Assembly: GCA_000320545.1 (NCBI GenBank)
Contig: ADNK01002225.1
Location: forward strand, 1-43,989
Origin: Bigelowiella natans CCMP2755
Taxonomy: Eukaryota; Protista; Cercozoa
Length of the DNA: 43,989 nucleotides
Reading direction: 5' to 3'
Position numbers and translations under genes: made by a program. Shown here in pieces: positions 8,806 through 29,275 of this stretch (positions are counted from its first letter, which is position 1; every line of letters starts with the position of its first letter). Below the pieces are notes generated by a model. The model was not told the DNA's origin and ran no database searches. It was given only the letters and a program-made list of their open reading frames with translations.

Positions 8806-11800
8806 GCTCCTGTCACCTTGGTTGCAGGCTTGTCGTTCTTGGAGTCCACGGTGCCTCTCGACGCTGCCAAAAAGACAACACCCCGCCAGCACGTCTCGGC
8901 GCTCTCGCGTCTGCGGTCGGTGGCCTGGACACCACCCACCCCGATCGCAGCACACGAGAAAGTTGTGAACAAGTGTTCACCAGCCGAGACCTCTCACTTG
9001 GTGCCACGTGTTGTTGCAGAATTCGTCGGTGGCCAAGTTGGTGAAAGCAAAGAGGTGGCACAGACAGGTGGACAGTGGGGTCAGTGAACAGCGCAACAGG
9101 CAAGTGAAGGGGCAACGAGTCTCGTGGTGTGTTGTTGCCATTCAAAGTTTGGAAACCCAAAAGAAAGCAGACGCTCCCTGAGCCCACTGAGCCCCTGAGC
9201 CCACTGAGCTTGCCATCGTGATGAAAAGCACAAAACAGTGGGCAAACCGGATCGTTCTTGAACACAGTCAGTCGGTGCACAAACGCTGTGATTTTGCACT
9301 TGCCAACGTTGTGATTTCCACCTGTCGCCAGCAGTTGCCTGCGTGACTCCACCTTGTTTGTGAGAGCAGCACCAAACTCTCAAGTGGTTTGCTGTGCTCG
9401 TTTTTCCATTGTGAAGGCGCACTCACACTTCAATGCGTTCAACCATTCGTGGCACAGTTCCCTCAACCAAGTTTTCGGCAGCATCCATCCATCCTCTCCA
9501 CAGGGACATGCACGTCCATGTGCGTGTGTGCGCAAGAAACACACGCACCCATGCACACCACACGTGCCCAAAAAGCACACGTGCTCTGTTCACATCCACA
9601 CATGCACCAAACAAGCCACCACACGTGTGCCAAAGTGGTGCACATGGATGCATGTGTGCACACGTGAGCGCTGTTGTTCGGCACACGTGTGGCCATGGGC
9701 ACGTGTGAAGTGTGCGATGTGCACGTGTCGCAGACGGCTGCACGTGTGGGGACGTGCACGTCCATGCATCTCTCCCTCTTTTTCTCTCTCCACCTCTTTC
9801 CTCGTTCTCATCTTCATCACGGACTTGAACAATTCAATGGCATCTTCTGTCATCAGGAGGACAAGAAAGTGGGGTGCGGATTGAACAAGAGGGATGCACC
9901 TCGAAGACACAGTTTGCTGCATTGCTCTCACAAGGTCATCGTCATCCGGCCCCCCACTTCTTGCTGCCGTGTCTTTCTCTTCCTTGTGAATGCATCTCGT
10001 TTGTCGGAGAGTGGGCAGTGCTCGGCTTCCTTTGCGTGATGAAAACACAAGATGCGTGCAATTCCAACACGCATCCGTGAACCAATCAGAACACAACACC
10101 CAGTCAGGCAGTCGAGCGACGACACGACACGCACCAACCCAAACGAGTTCGCACCGGCCACTCCCCACCTCTGCCATTGCCCACAATTCCTGCTGTGACT
10201 GGTGAGTGCGGGGTCACGTCTGAACAAGAAAGCAATGCGCCAAGATCCAGAAAACGCTTCACATCACCTCACACCATCACTGCTGCTGCCAACACCACCA
10301 CTGCCACCACTGTCACCACCACAACCAGCAGCACTGCTGTTGCCATCACAACTGCCACCACCATCACTGCTGCCACCGTCACCACCATTGCTGCCACCAG
10401 GCTGGCTGGTCCGTTGAAGTTGTGGGAGCTGGAGGCGCGGGTCACGATCGAAGCGCAGCGGAAGTCGATGGCTCAAAACCTGTCGGGTGTTGGTCAAGGT
10501 GGCAGTGCCAAAGTGCGCAGTGCAGACAGGTGATGGTGGCAGGCTCAAAACGTGGGACGGTCAGCGGTCTCAAACCTGCGTTCAAGCACGAAGTGGTTGC
10601 ACGTGCACGTGAACGTGGCACGATTTGGACGTGCTGCCAAGGAGCAACTCCAAAGTGAACCAACAGCCAGGCAGGCGCGTGTCGCAGCACAGCACCGAGC
10701 CTGGCGTTGCGCTGCCTGGCTAGCTGGTGTCGCATTGGCACACTTGGCCCGTGCTTCCACTTGGCGCTGCGTGCCACGCACTGGTGCAGTTGCTTGTCGC
10801 ACTTCGGCGAACGCCCGCTGGCTGCTTGGCGTGGTTGCTCACTTCGAGCTGTGAACGCACAGCACTCCAACACTCTTCAATCGATTTTTGTTGTTCCTCA
10901 CCCGGTGTTTCTTGGTCCTGGTCCCTCACGGCTTGGCGTGCACACAAACTCGCACTGTTTCCCAATTTCCGATGCACGGACAGAACCCAACCTGTTTCAA
11001 GCTCTGGAGCTCTCCGAGGTTTTGGCCAGCACTGGAGCAGCAGCACGTTCCCTCTTGGGAACAAGGTGAGCTCGGATGTGACGTTGCCGGAGAGCGCTGT
11101 GCTGCAAACACGACAACGAACCCACTCCAAAGCTGACAACCCAGCAACCTCAATTGCCTGAAACTGGTGTTTCGTTCTCACGTTGCGCAGCTGTTCAGCA
11201 CTGATCGTTCACGGTGCGTCTTGGCCTGAGGCGGTGCACGCGTGTGCAACATTGCTGCCGTTGCAAAAAGTCACTTGCATCGTTGCATCGTTCGCCCATT
11301 GCCAAGTCAGACGTTGAACACGAACTCCGTGAGCTGATCAAAACAGTGCACGCAAGTTTTGGCAAAAAGGACGCACTCGTGGTCACTTTTTGGCAGACAA
11401 GAGATGCTCAAGCCAGCCAGCACGGCAAAAAGCACTCGTGGCTGGTTCGTTTCTTGCACTCTCAAAACGTCAGCACAGGCAAGTGCAAGACGCATTGCAC
11501 ACGCCAAGAACGAGTGCGAGTGCCCACAAACACGACACACGTTGCACGATGAACTCTGTTCTCCAGTGACATTGGTTGCACAAATGCAATGACATCAACC
11601 CAGCTGCCAAACCAATGGACCAGTTCGATTGAGGCGTGCAAGATCCAGAGATGTTTGTGACAGACAATCAATTGTTTGTTGACGCCATCACGCTTCCAAA
11701 CTGGCCACAACCTGCGTGTTCAGACGCAAACAATCAAACTGACTGAAAAAGCGCATGGAAGTAGTTTCCTCGCGCAACAACACAACTGCAAGAAAACTGT

Positions 11801-12187
11801 TTCCTTTTCTCTCGCATCGCTTGACGGAGCAGCTGCACGATGAATGGCAAAAACAACAACGAACATCTGTACGCTGTCCATCTTTCTTCAGACCTTCTCC
11901 AAAACATCTTTGAAGCATCTAAACCTGCACGCCGTCACACAAAATGCACAAATTGGCAATGAGGCTCTGTGGTCTCGCGTGATTCGAGCAATTACAAGGC
12001 CATCAATGTGATGTGAGCAAAATGACAAAAAAGTAGAAACTAGGACAAAACGCAATTAATCACCGGTTTTGCAGGCGAAAGTTACTCTTCTGAAGTCTAC
12101 CAAAAACACACCAAAAAGCCGCATGAGTGAGGAGAAACGATGGGATTCAACAGCATCTATTTCATCTATGCCGTCACTTGCAACGTG

Positions 12188-20505
<8,318 letters not shown>

Positions 20506-20933
20506 TTTGACCCATTTACTTGCAATTGGCAATGACACCGCAACAGAATGCCATGTGAAAGGATAAGATTTACCAGATTGACACACAGAATACGTGAGAA
20601 ATATGCGAATTGCTTTCGAATCGACTAAATTATAGCTCGAAAGATTCCTCGGGATCATTCCAGAACTGTCTCACGAACGCAATTTCCTCTTGGAAAGAAA
20701 AATCGAGTCGCCGAAGACATATTAAGTAGTACGTACACTCCAGAAGGTGAAAAGGGCATCAACAGGTGCGGTAGATTTATCGATGTGAATACCGATTTTG
20801 TCATATTGGATTTTCTTTGATGAGGACTGTTACCCGCCTATGTACGATCGATATCACTGTGCATACATAGCTTATACATACGGTGCCTACAAGAGGGATT
20901 TTTATGCGAACGTGTATTTGTGTGTGTTTGTGT

Positions 20934-20969
<36 letters not shown>

Positions 20970-21257
20970 ACGTGCCTAAGGTTATTCGAATACACGCATA
21001 TACATCATGCACTAGAAATTTATGCGCCATACTCGAAGAAAGAGTTTCTCTCGCACGCAAGGAAAAATCTCTCCCCTCACTATTGGTAACCGTATCATAC
21101 GTAATGTGTAAAAGGCAACAAGGGACTCGAAATGGTTCGAAGTTGCATTCTGTTCCAATCGACCAGCAAACGTTGTATAATCGGCAGATTTACGTTCTTG
21201 GCCGCAATGCCCAGGTCTAGGAAAAATACTGATTTCCCATTCCCCATCATCATCCGC
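20506..21257. promoter_or_regulatory. Head-to-head intergenic region (putative bidirectional promoter) between TTLL and E1
   Basis: Divergent predicted starts about 750 bp apart. No specific motif is assigned. Confidence 0.4.
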
Positions 21258-22172
21258 ATGGAAAATCAAGATTCGATGTCCGCCTTGAAGGGGGAGCTCT
21301 TTAGTGCTAAATGCCATACATTAAAGGGAGGGTCTTAGCACTTTCTCCCGCAAATATGATGCTGTGGAATGTGCCTAAAAAAAGTCCGGAAAAACGCATT
21401 TAGGCATCGCTCTCAAGTGCAACGGTGCTGCTTGTTGGAATCAATCCTCTCTCCATTGAAATCGGTAGTCGATCCCCTTGCGGATATGAGAAGGAATATT
21501 AGCGTCAAGGAGATTGAATACCTATGAAGTAGCATTCCTTCAACGAAGAATTCATGAATGAAACGAACTCAAAATATATGCATGATTGAAAGAAACCATG
21601 CGCGATGTCCCCGTACCTCAACTAGCAGCCCGACTAACACTGATTTGTCTTGAATGCAATATATGCAACTCCGCAGCAAAGAACTTGGTACTGGCTGGGG
21701 TTCATAAAGTACATCTATTGCGTACAAAGGTCAGAAAGCGCGGCGCGGTTGGCCGCACACTCGAACGAGAGCTGTTTCGGGGAGAGAAATTGCTGCTCTT
21801 TTGAAAAGAGAAGCGATCCGCACTTGAAAGAAGTCGGCCTCTGTGTACTTTCATCTTATTTTGTTTTTGCACCGGGTTAACATCAGCACGACAAGCTGCA
21901 AGAGTGCGACCTGGCCGAAGTGACTCTTCGGGGAATCAACTCGATCGTTCCGAAGACCGTGGAATCCTTCTTCGAGGGGCTGCAAGAAAACGGTGGCGAC
22001 GCCGAATGGCAGGCTGCGAACCGAGTGCCCTTTGAAGAGTTCCTCGTTGAGTCCTTGTCCCTGCTCAATCCTTACGTCGTTGTCTCTGTGGGAGAGGTCA
22101 TTTCGTGTACGAGTCGTACCGAAAGCGGGGCACGTGGTGTACTCTCCGAACACTAAATAAATATATAAAGAC

Positions 22173-22240
<68 letters not shown>

Positions 22241-22544
22241 TTATTCATTTATTTATGTTATGTTGCTTTCGTCTCGTCACCAGGTTGGCGATGTCGATGT
22301 GTTTAACTCGCTCGATTACAAGAAGAAGCAGCCTGCTGCTGGGTACGAACGCCAGGAGACTTCATCGGAAGAAAGGCCTCCGGAGAGAGTCGTCGTGGCC
22401 ACGTCTCTTCCTTACTCTTATCAGATCTTGTTGAATAGGTGCTATTGCTTAGAGTTGCGTAATGCATGGGGTTCAGTAATTTTTGCTGTGTGGATGTTTG
22501 CTTATTGGAATGATGCGTATTATTGTTGTAATATCTCTCCCTTC

Positions 22545-22618
<74 letters not shown>

Positions 22619-23281
22619 GTTGCATGATTACTTTAGGAGGTGCCGCGTTCACCAAATCCCCTTTATTTCGGGGGTTTCTCACGGCTTCTTCTGCAACGCA
22701 TTCTGCGACTTTGGCCAGAACTTTGAGTACAAGCCAAAGGTCAATAGCAGATGGAACAAATCCCAGCCAAAACGCGTTTCTTTTAGCTGCGCTGATTCGC
22801 TTACCCGTGCTGTGAGTCAAGCCGCGTGTGTTGGTTGTGTTTTCCTTCTCTTCGCAGGAAGAGGACGAGGACAGGACTCTGCACATATCACACATGGAGC
22901 TCATTTCCTCCCCCAGGTCGGAGAGTCGAAGGAGCGACGAGAGCAATGGGGAGAGTGCTGCGAACAGTACCAGCCTGAGCAATAACGGTACAGTCGCGAT
23001 GTTGTTAATCGCCATATCGATTCGTATTGATGGGGAGATGAACGTAGGTTTGCGCGACGAACCGTCGGCCGCATCGTTCATTCGGATAACCACTGAGCGA
23101 AGGCATTTCCTTTCGGTTGGGGAGACGGTGACGTTCTCAAAGATCTCCAATCCGGTAGTATATGCACATGTGCATGTGTGTGTGTGCATGTGTGTGTGTG
23201 CATGTGTGTGTGTGCATGTGTGTGTGTGCATGTGCATGTGTGTGTGTGCATGTGTGTGTGTGCATAATTATACAGAAAATA

Positions 23282-23325
<44 letters not shown>

Positions 23326-24698
23326 ATCAATTGTGTTTAGCTAGTGTATTAATAGCTGTAATAGAATGCGAGTGCAAGGTGTGATCATTTCCGATGTTAT
23401 GCTACTCCTCACCCAAAACGCATGGATATCACCACGAGCGAGGGATATGAGCATATTAACATACGCATGTGTCTTAAGATAGTCCTCCTTATCAACAACT
23501 TGATGGCGAGGCCACTGACATGTACTATGCGGTGACGATGTGTTCGTGATTGCTCTTGCTGGTGGTGCTAAAGGAAATTATGAATACCTGGGAGTCGGCC
23601 ACCGTCCATGCCATCCCAAATGCATACAGCTTTGATATCGACGTGAGGGACGGGCCATTGTCGGAAAGGCTCGGATTGAATGCAGTCTCCCCGCCGCTTT
23701 CAAAGGGCTATGTTCATCAGGTGCTACTTTCTCTGCGGAAGTAAATGCAACGAAGAGGCCTCTTGCTACCCAAACACAAATAAACGCCCCTTAACGATGA
23801 GAAAATCGATCGGTTCATAGCGATAACCGCATGCTCTTTTTCTCCAAAATACGACAGGTAGACACACCAGTGAGTGGCTCGCACCGGTCCCTATTCGAGG
23901 CGATTACCGGTGTGCACGATGATGGCGAGGAAGACAGGTATTATGGTTGAATGCCACAAGCACAGAGCCAAAGAATATACATATGTTTATATTTCATGTT
24001 TATACAACTGTATATATGGGTACCCTTTTTTTTAATATATGTATGCTGATTTTCCATCAGCGACAGCACCTTATTCGCTAATATGCTCCCTTCTTGCTTT
24101 CAATTTTAGAACAAAGCCATTGTTGTGCGCTTACAATTAATCGTCATTTTTGGCGGTTTATCTTCCTTTGCAGCGTGCGCGGTGCTACGGAAGAGGCGAT
24201 ACGCGCGAAAGCATGCGAGGCTGTTAAAGCGAAGAATGGAATCCGATCAATGGGGGAAGTCGTCACCCCCGAATTGTTCAAACCGCAAGAGCACTTCCAG
24301 TGTCTCCATGCAGCTTTTCTGGTTAGTGTGCATCGATGGGTGTAGTCTCCCTAGTGTTGCTGTTTCACGAGATTTTGATAGAGGAATCTGCACGTTTTGG
24401 TTTTCCCCTGCTGCGTGTTATCTCCTTCCCTTTCTTCTTCTTCCCCTTCCTTCAGGCCATGGGTCAGTTGTGCTCGAGTCGCGGCTGCGACCAAGTTGAT
24501 TCTGCAAAGGATGATCCAAAAGCGAGAGACTTCTTCGCCGAGGAGCTTGCCAAAGCCACGAAAGAGCTCAGTGGGTGGGGCGGCGTCTTTGTACTGCTGA
24601 GAGAGCTGCTATTTCGAATGCATGTGCCCTTTCTTTCCTGCACATATCACATAGTTCATGGAAAATGCGTGCATAAAAATGTAATATAATATTATATA

Positions 24699-24738
<40 letters not shown>

Positions 24739-24961
24739 AAATTTTCGCTGGTACTGTTAATGGGAGACGTCGTTTTGTTTGATTTGCTGGTAATTTTGTC
24801 AGCTGCAGCAGCGACTCTGTCGTGCAGGAGAAGCTATTGAGGACTGTTGCGGCGAACGCCAGAGCGTACATCATGCCCATGGTCATTACATCGAAGTTGC
24901 ATGCTGAATGAGAAGCACACCGAAGTGTCATTATAAATATACTAAATATGTGTATGTACAT

Positions 24962-25003
<42 letters not shown>

Positions 25004-25173
25004 TTATAATTCGAATAGGTTTCGTTCCAAGCAGGGTTCATCGCTCAAGAGGTTCTCAAGGCTGTTTCGCAGAGATTCACTCCTTTATCACAATGGTACT
25101 TGTCGAGACACCCATTCACGTATATATCAATATGTTTGTATATATTTATATATATATATAAATATATATATAC

Positions 25174-25208
<35 letters not shown>

Positions 25209-25454
25209 TTATATTCCTGCATGGGTCTGTATGTATCAATACTAAGCACGTAAGTTATTATTATTGTTGTTATTGTTTCATCGATATCTGTCGTTTCGCA
25301 GGCTATACCATGATGCGTCTGCATGCATTCCATCAGCTGCTGAGAGGGAGGATCTCAGTTCGGGGTCGTTCCGAGGAAAGAGGCTGGTACGTACTCATGT
25401 GATCTACTAAAACATTTGGTAAAGTTCCAGTCAAATTAGCGCTTCATGGCTGTA

Positions 25455-25491
<37 letters not shown>

Positions 25492-25938
25492 CCTCCCTCC
25501 CCCTCCCCCCCTTCTTTCTCTCATTTTCAGATTTACTATTTCTCACGCAATCTCTTCGATCTTCGTCCATTTTCCCTTCTGCCACCTCTATCGCGCTCTC
25601 CCTCCCTCCCCCCCTCTCTCTCGTTTATACCTTAACTCCAACAACTGCTGCCACCAACAATCCGCAGGAGGCAGAACGCATTCGAAATCGTGAGTACATT
25701 CGTCGCCAGGCGCGGATTGTTGGTGAAGGTGTTCAGAGTCGCTTGGAGAGCATGTCTGTCCTCCTTGCAGGGGCGGGCGCTATAGGCTGCGAAATGATGA
25801 AGAATCTCGCTGCAATGAACGTGGCGACAAGAAGGTGTGTCTACGGCATGCACGCGAGTGTAAGGCGAAAAGAAGAGCTGCCCTTGTTGATCGATCCCGA
25901 ACATGCGGATTGGATCTTAAATATGAAGCAGTAGCATC

Positions 25939-25976
<38 letters not shown>

Positions 25977-26889
25977 CACCATATATATATGTTGGTTGTT
26001 GTTGGCTTGTAACCATGCAAACAGTACAAGAAACTCCTCTGCAACGGCTGCATCAGGAGCAGCAGCAGAAGCAGGCACAGGAGGGGGGGGGGGGCTGCTA
26101 CACGTAACGGATATGGACCACATCGAGCCTTCGAATTTGAATCGTCAATTCCTCTTCCGCCAGCGCCACATATCCCAGGTGGTGTTCTTTGCAGTGTTTT
26201 GAGGAGAGCAAGAGCAGCTTTCCATGCCATGCGAAAGCAGCAGCCGTTGCATCTAATATGAAAGAGAACAGCTCGATTGTGTGAAAGCTGGGGATGAAAA
26301 AACGGGCGATTGTGTTTTCTGTCTCCCCCTCCTGCTGAATCAAAACTTCTCTTTGCGGTATTTTCGCAGCCCAAGTCAGAGGTGGCAGCTGCTGCTGCAA
26401 GGCGAATGAATCGGCACATGCATCTTCGATGCTACACCCAACGGCTCGGCCATCGGAGACGTGGAGGGGGGGGGGGCGAGAAGAACGTTACAGTCCGGGA
26501 GAATGTCCAGATGGAATTGAGTCGCCATCAGTTTTGGCGCTCTCTTGATGTTATCGTCTCCGCTTTGGACAATGTGAAGGTGTATGCTCGTTGGCGTAGG
26601 CGTGTGTGTGTGCTTCTTGTGGGCATTTTCAGATGCATTTCGAATATGCGTCTGCCATCGCTTGATGGCTCCCCTTGCGTGCGTGATAACAACAAGACCA
26701 ACAACAACAACAACAGGCTCGTCTGTTTCTCGATGACATGGCCGTTGGCTATCGAAAGAACATGCTCGATGCTGGCACGATGGGGTATGCTTGATCATGA
26801 TGACGATGATGATGATGGTGAAGTCCATAACAATGATTGCGACTCCGCAAAGATTATTGCCATAATATCAATGCCCTTTCTCCCGCCCC

Positions 26890-26965
<76 letters not shown>

Positions 26966-29244
26966 GTGGCGGTGTGAGTAGAGCGAAAGGGAGCACGCAG
27001 GTTGTTGTGGCCTCTCTGACTGAGAACTACGGGGCGATGCAAGACCCCACAGGAGGAGGGGGAGGCGATAATGCTCAGAATGGAGACGACGCTGAAGAAG
27101 GAGGAGGAGGCGGAGGAGCAGATGACACTGGTTGCATGAAGTTTCGAGAGCCAAGCCGAATTTCGAATCGCATGGACGCATGAATGATGATGATGATGAT
27201 GATGATAGCCTGTTGCACGATCAGTCTAGAACAAAACAAAGTTTGTTGTTTTAATTGATAATTTGAATAAAAATAATAATATTATTAACTATGATTATCA
27301 AAATTCAATGATTTCGTTGAAAAGAAAACATATAGTTGAGATGTCGCTGTCGGTGTATGCATGCATTGTTGGGCCATGTGCGAGTTTAAAATCCGCTCAT
27401 AGAGAGTCAAGTGAAGCAACACTGATGCTTTGCCTCCTCTCTGTGCGCATTGATACCCACGTGTATCTCCTTCCTTCAGGGGGGATTCCAATCTGCACTC
27501 TAAAGAACTTTCCCTTCCTCATCGAGCATACGATTCAGTGGGCGCGCTCCAAGTTCACCGAGATCTTTAAAACTCAAATCCGCGAGGCCAAAACGTTTGT
27601 CGAGTCACCGGAGAACTACCGGAAAATGCTATCTGGAATGCCTCCGGAGGCTCAAGAGGAAAGGTGCGTCTAGGAGGCGTGGATGAGTATGATGCGATTG
27701 TGATGTGGCGGGCAGTGGCGCCAGATCTTCAATGCGGAAGACAGAAAAAAATAGTTGTGTTTAATGTGAAAACGGAGTTAGCTGAGGTGTGTTTCCTATT
27801 CCTACAACGCGCTAGTTGTAATTGGCACTTGGAGATGAGCTTCTGACGCCCACCTCGCTTCGAATCCGCACATATGTCCGCATGCCCGAAACAGGTATAT
27901 GAACTTAGTGAAGGGTCTGTTCCTGGCTACCGACGGAGACGAGATCCAGGCTATTGCTCCTGAGAAAGAAACAGCTCTCGAGATGTCCATTTTCTGGGCG
28001 TTTGCGCAGTTTCGCTCGCTTTTCTGTGCGTCCATTGAATTGCTGCTGCAGCAATTTCCAGTGGTGAGAATGAGCCCTTTGTAGTAGCGCTAGTAAAATA
28101 CCCAACAGAATAAGGAGACTGTAGAAACTTGAGATATCGACGTTCGGAATGCGAATCGAGAAGAACCCCGATGAACATAGCGGCATGAGACAGAAAAAAC
28201 ATTGTCGCTGTTTTCGAGGCTGCCAGGATCGAATTTGGGGGGGGGGGGGGCAGTAGAAAAGGAAGTTGAATAATAATCGATTATATTTGTGTGTGTGTAT
28301 GTGTGTGTGTGTGTTTGTATTTATATATGTCTTTGGATTTATAAATGTGTTTGAAGCGCGTTGAGCTGGATGATGTTTACACACACACATACGCATACGT
28401 ATTTACATTTATTCACTCGTATCAATTACCATAAAGGACTGCAAGACCAAGACCGGCGACTTATTCTGGAACACGGGAAACAAGCGGAGGCCCCTGCCCT
28501 TGCAATTCGACATCAGCAATTCTCTGCATCTGTCCTTCGTCCTGTCAGGGGCAGCTCTTTACGCTCGTGCAAGGTCATCAGCTGCACTTGCATCGGAGTT
28601 AGAAGGATTCGTTCGGGGCTATCGAGACCAACAGGTTTCCTAAGCGTTGTTTCGCCGCGATTAACAACGGGAGGGGGGGGGAAGGACGAACCCTTAATAT
28701 TTGTCACCATATCCCATTTTTTCACATATGTACTGATGTTTGCAACCCCGTCTCCCCCCTTCCCCTTTCAACCCGTAGGCGAACTTCACCAAAAGCAGCT
28801 TCTTCGATCGCCTCCAGGCCTCTCCCTCTGGATTGAACAAGAGCCTTCATCGGCGTTACGGAGAGCTTTCGGCCAAATGGCGAAGCATCCTCGAAAAAAG
28901 CACCGAGGCGGAGACAGCTGCTGCCCCTGCATTAGATCAGATAGGGAAGGGAGTGGAGAAGACGAAGCCATCCGAGAGCGCGGCGCAGATTCTGAACCGC
29001 TTTGTTGCTCCTGATAGGGAGGGGGGCATCGTCGCTGGAAGTGCGAGATTCCGGCCCCTGGAACTGGAAAAAGACGATGATCTGATGATGGAGTTCGTCT
29101 TCGCCGCGGCGAATCTGCGAGCGGAGAACTACCGAATCGCCACTGCAGACCGACTGAAGGTGAGAGAGATAATGATGGAGCTATCGAGGCAGTTAGCACC
29201 ATGCTTTCACGTGTAAAGGCTGACGCAGGAAAACATATTTATAC

Positions 29245-29275
<31 letters not shown>

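Larger units (their letters stand above)
1940..11761. mobile_element. TpA-erased composite repeat / transposon-relic block
   Basis: Manual scan found one TA (10721-10722) between 1940 and 11761. The ORFs in the track from 2097 to 11918 contain no Tyr. The block holds many internal direct and inverted repeats and a copia-gag-like fragment, and has no (TA)n microsatellites although these are common in the flanking introns. Confidence 0.9.

Noticed and set aside
3758-9768. CRISPR array
   Set aside because: The palindromes are irregularly spaced, in both orientations and degenerate, in a eukaryotic context with no cas genes.
10100-10260. Retrotransposon aspartic protease (minus strand FLDLGA...RTRLGW)
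   Set aside because: The motif lacks D[ST]G, the frame is short, and no supporting RT or integrase was recognisable.
1940-11761. Alternative genetic code or codon avoidance as the cause of TA loss
   Set aside because: TA is absent in all frames and in non-coding repeats, and the flanking genes use TAA/TAG stops and Tyr normally.
1940-11761. Classical fungal RIP or CpG-methylation decay
   Set aside because: RIP would enrich TpA and deplete CpA/TpG, the opposite of what is seen. CpG is abundant and conserved between repeat copies.
2097-11918. Dense overlapping ORFs in all six frames as real or overlapping genes
   Set aside because: They are an artefact of missing TAA/TAG stops. The translations are Cys/His/Arg/Thr-rich, lack Tyr and mostly have no protein-like character.
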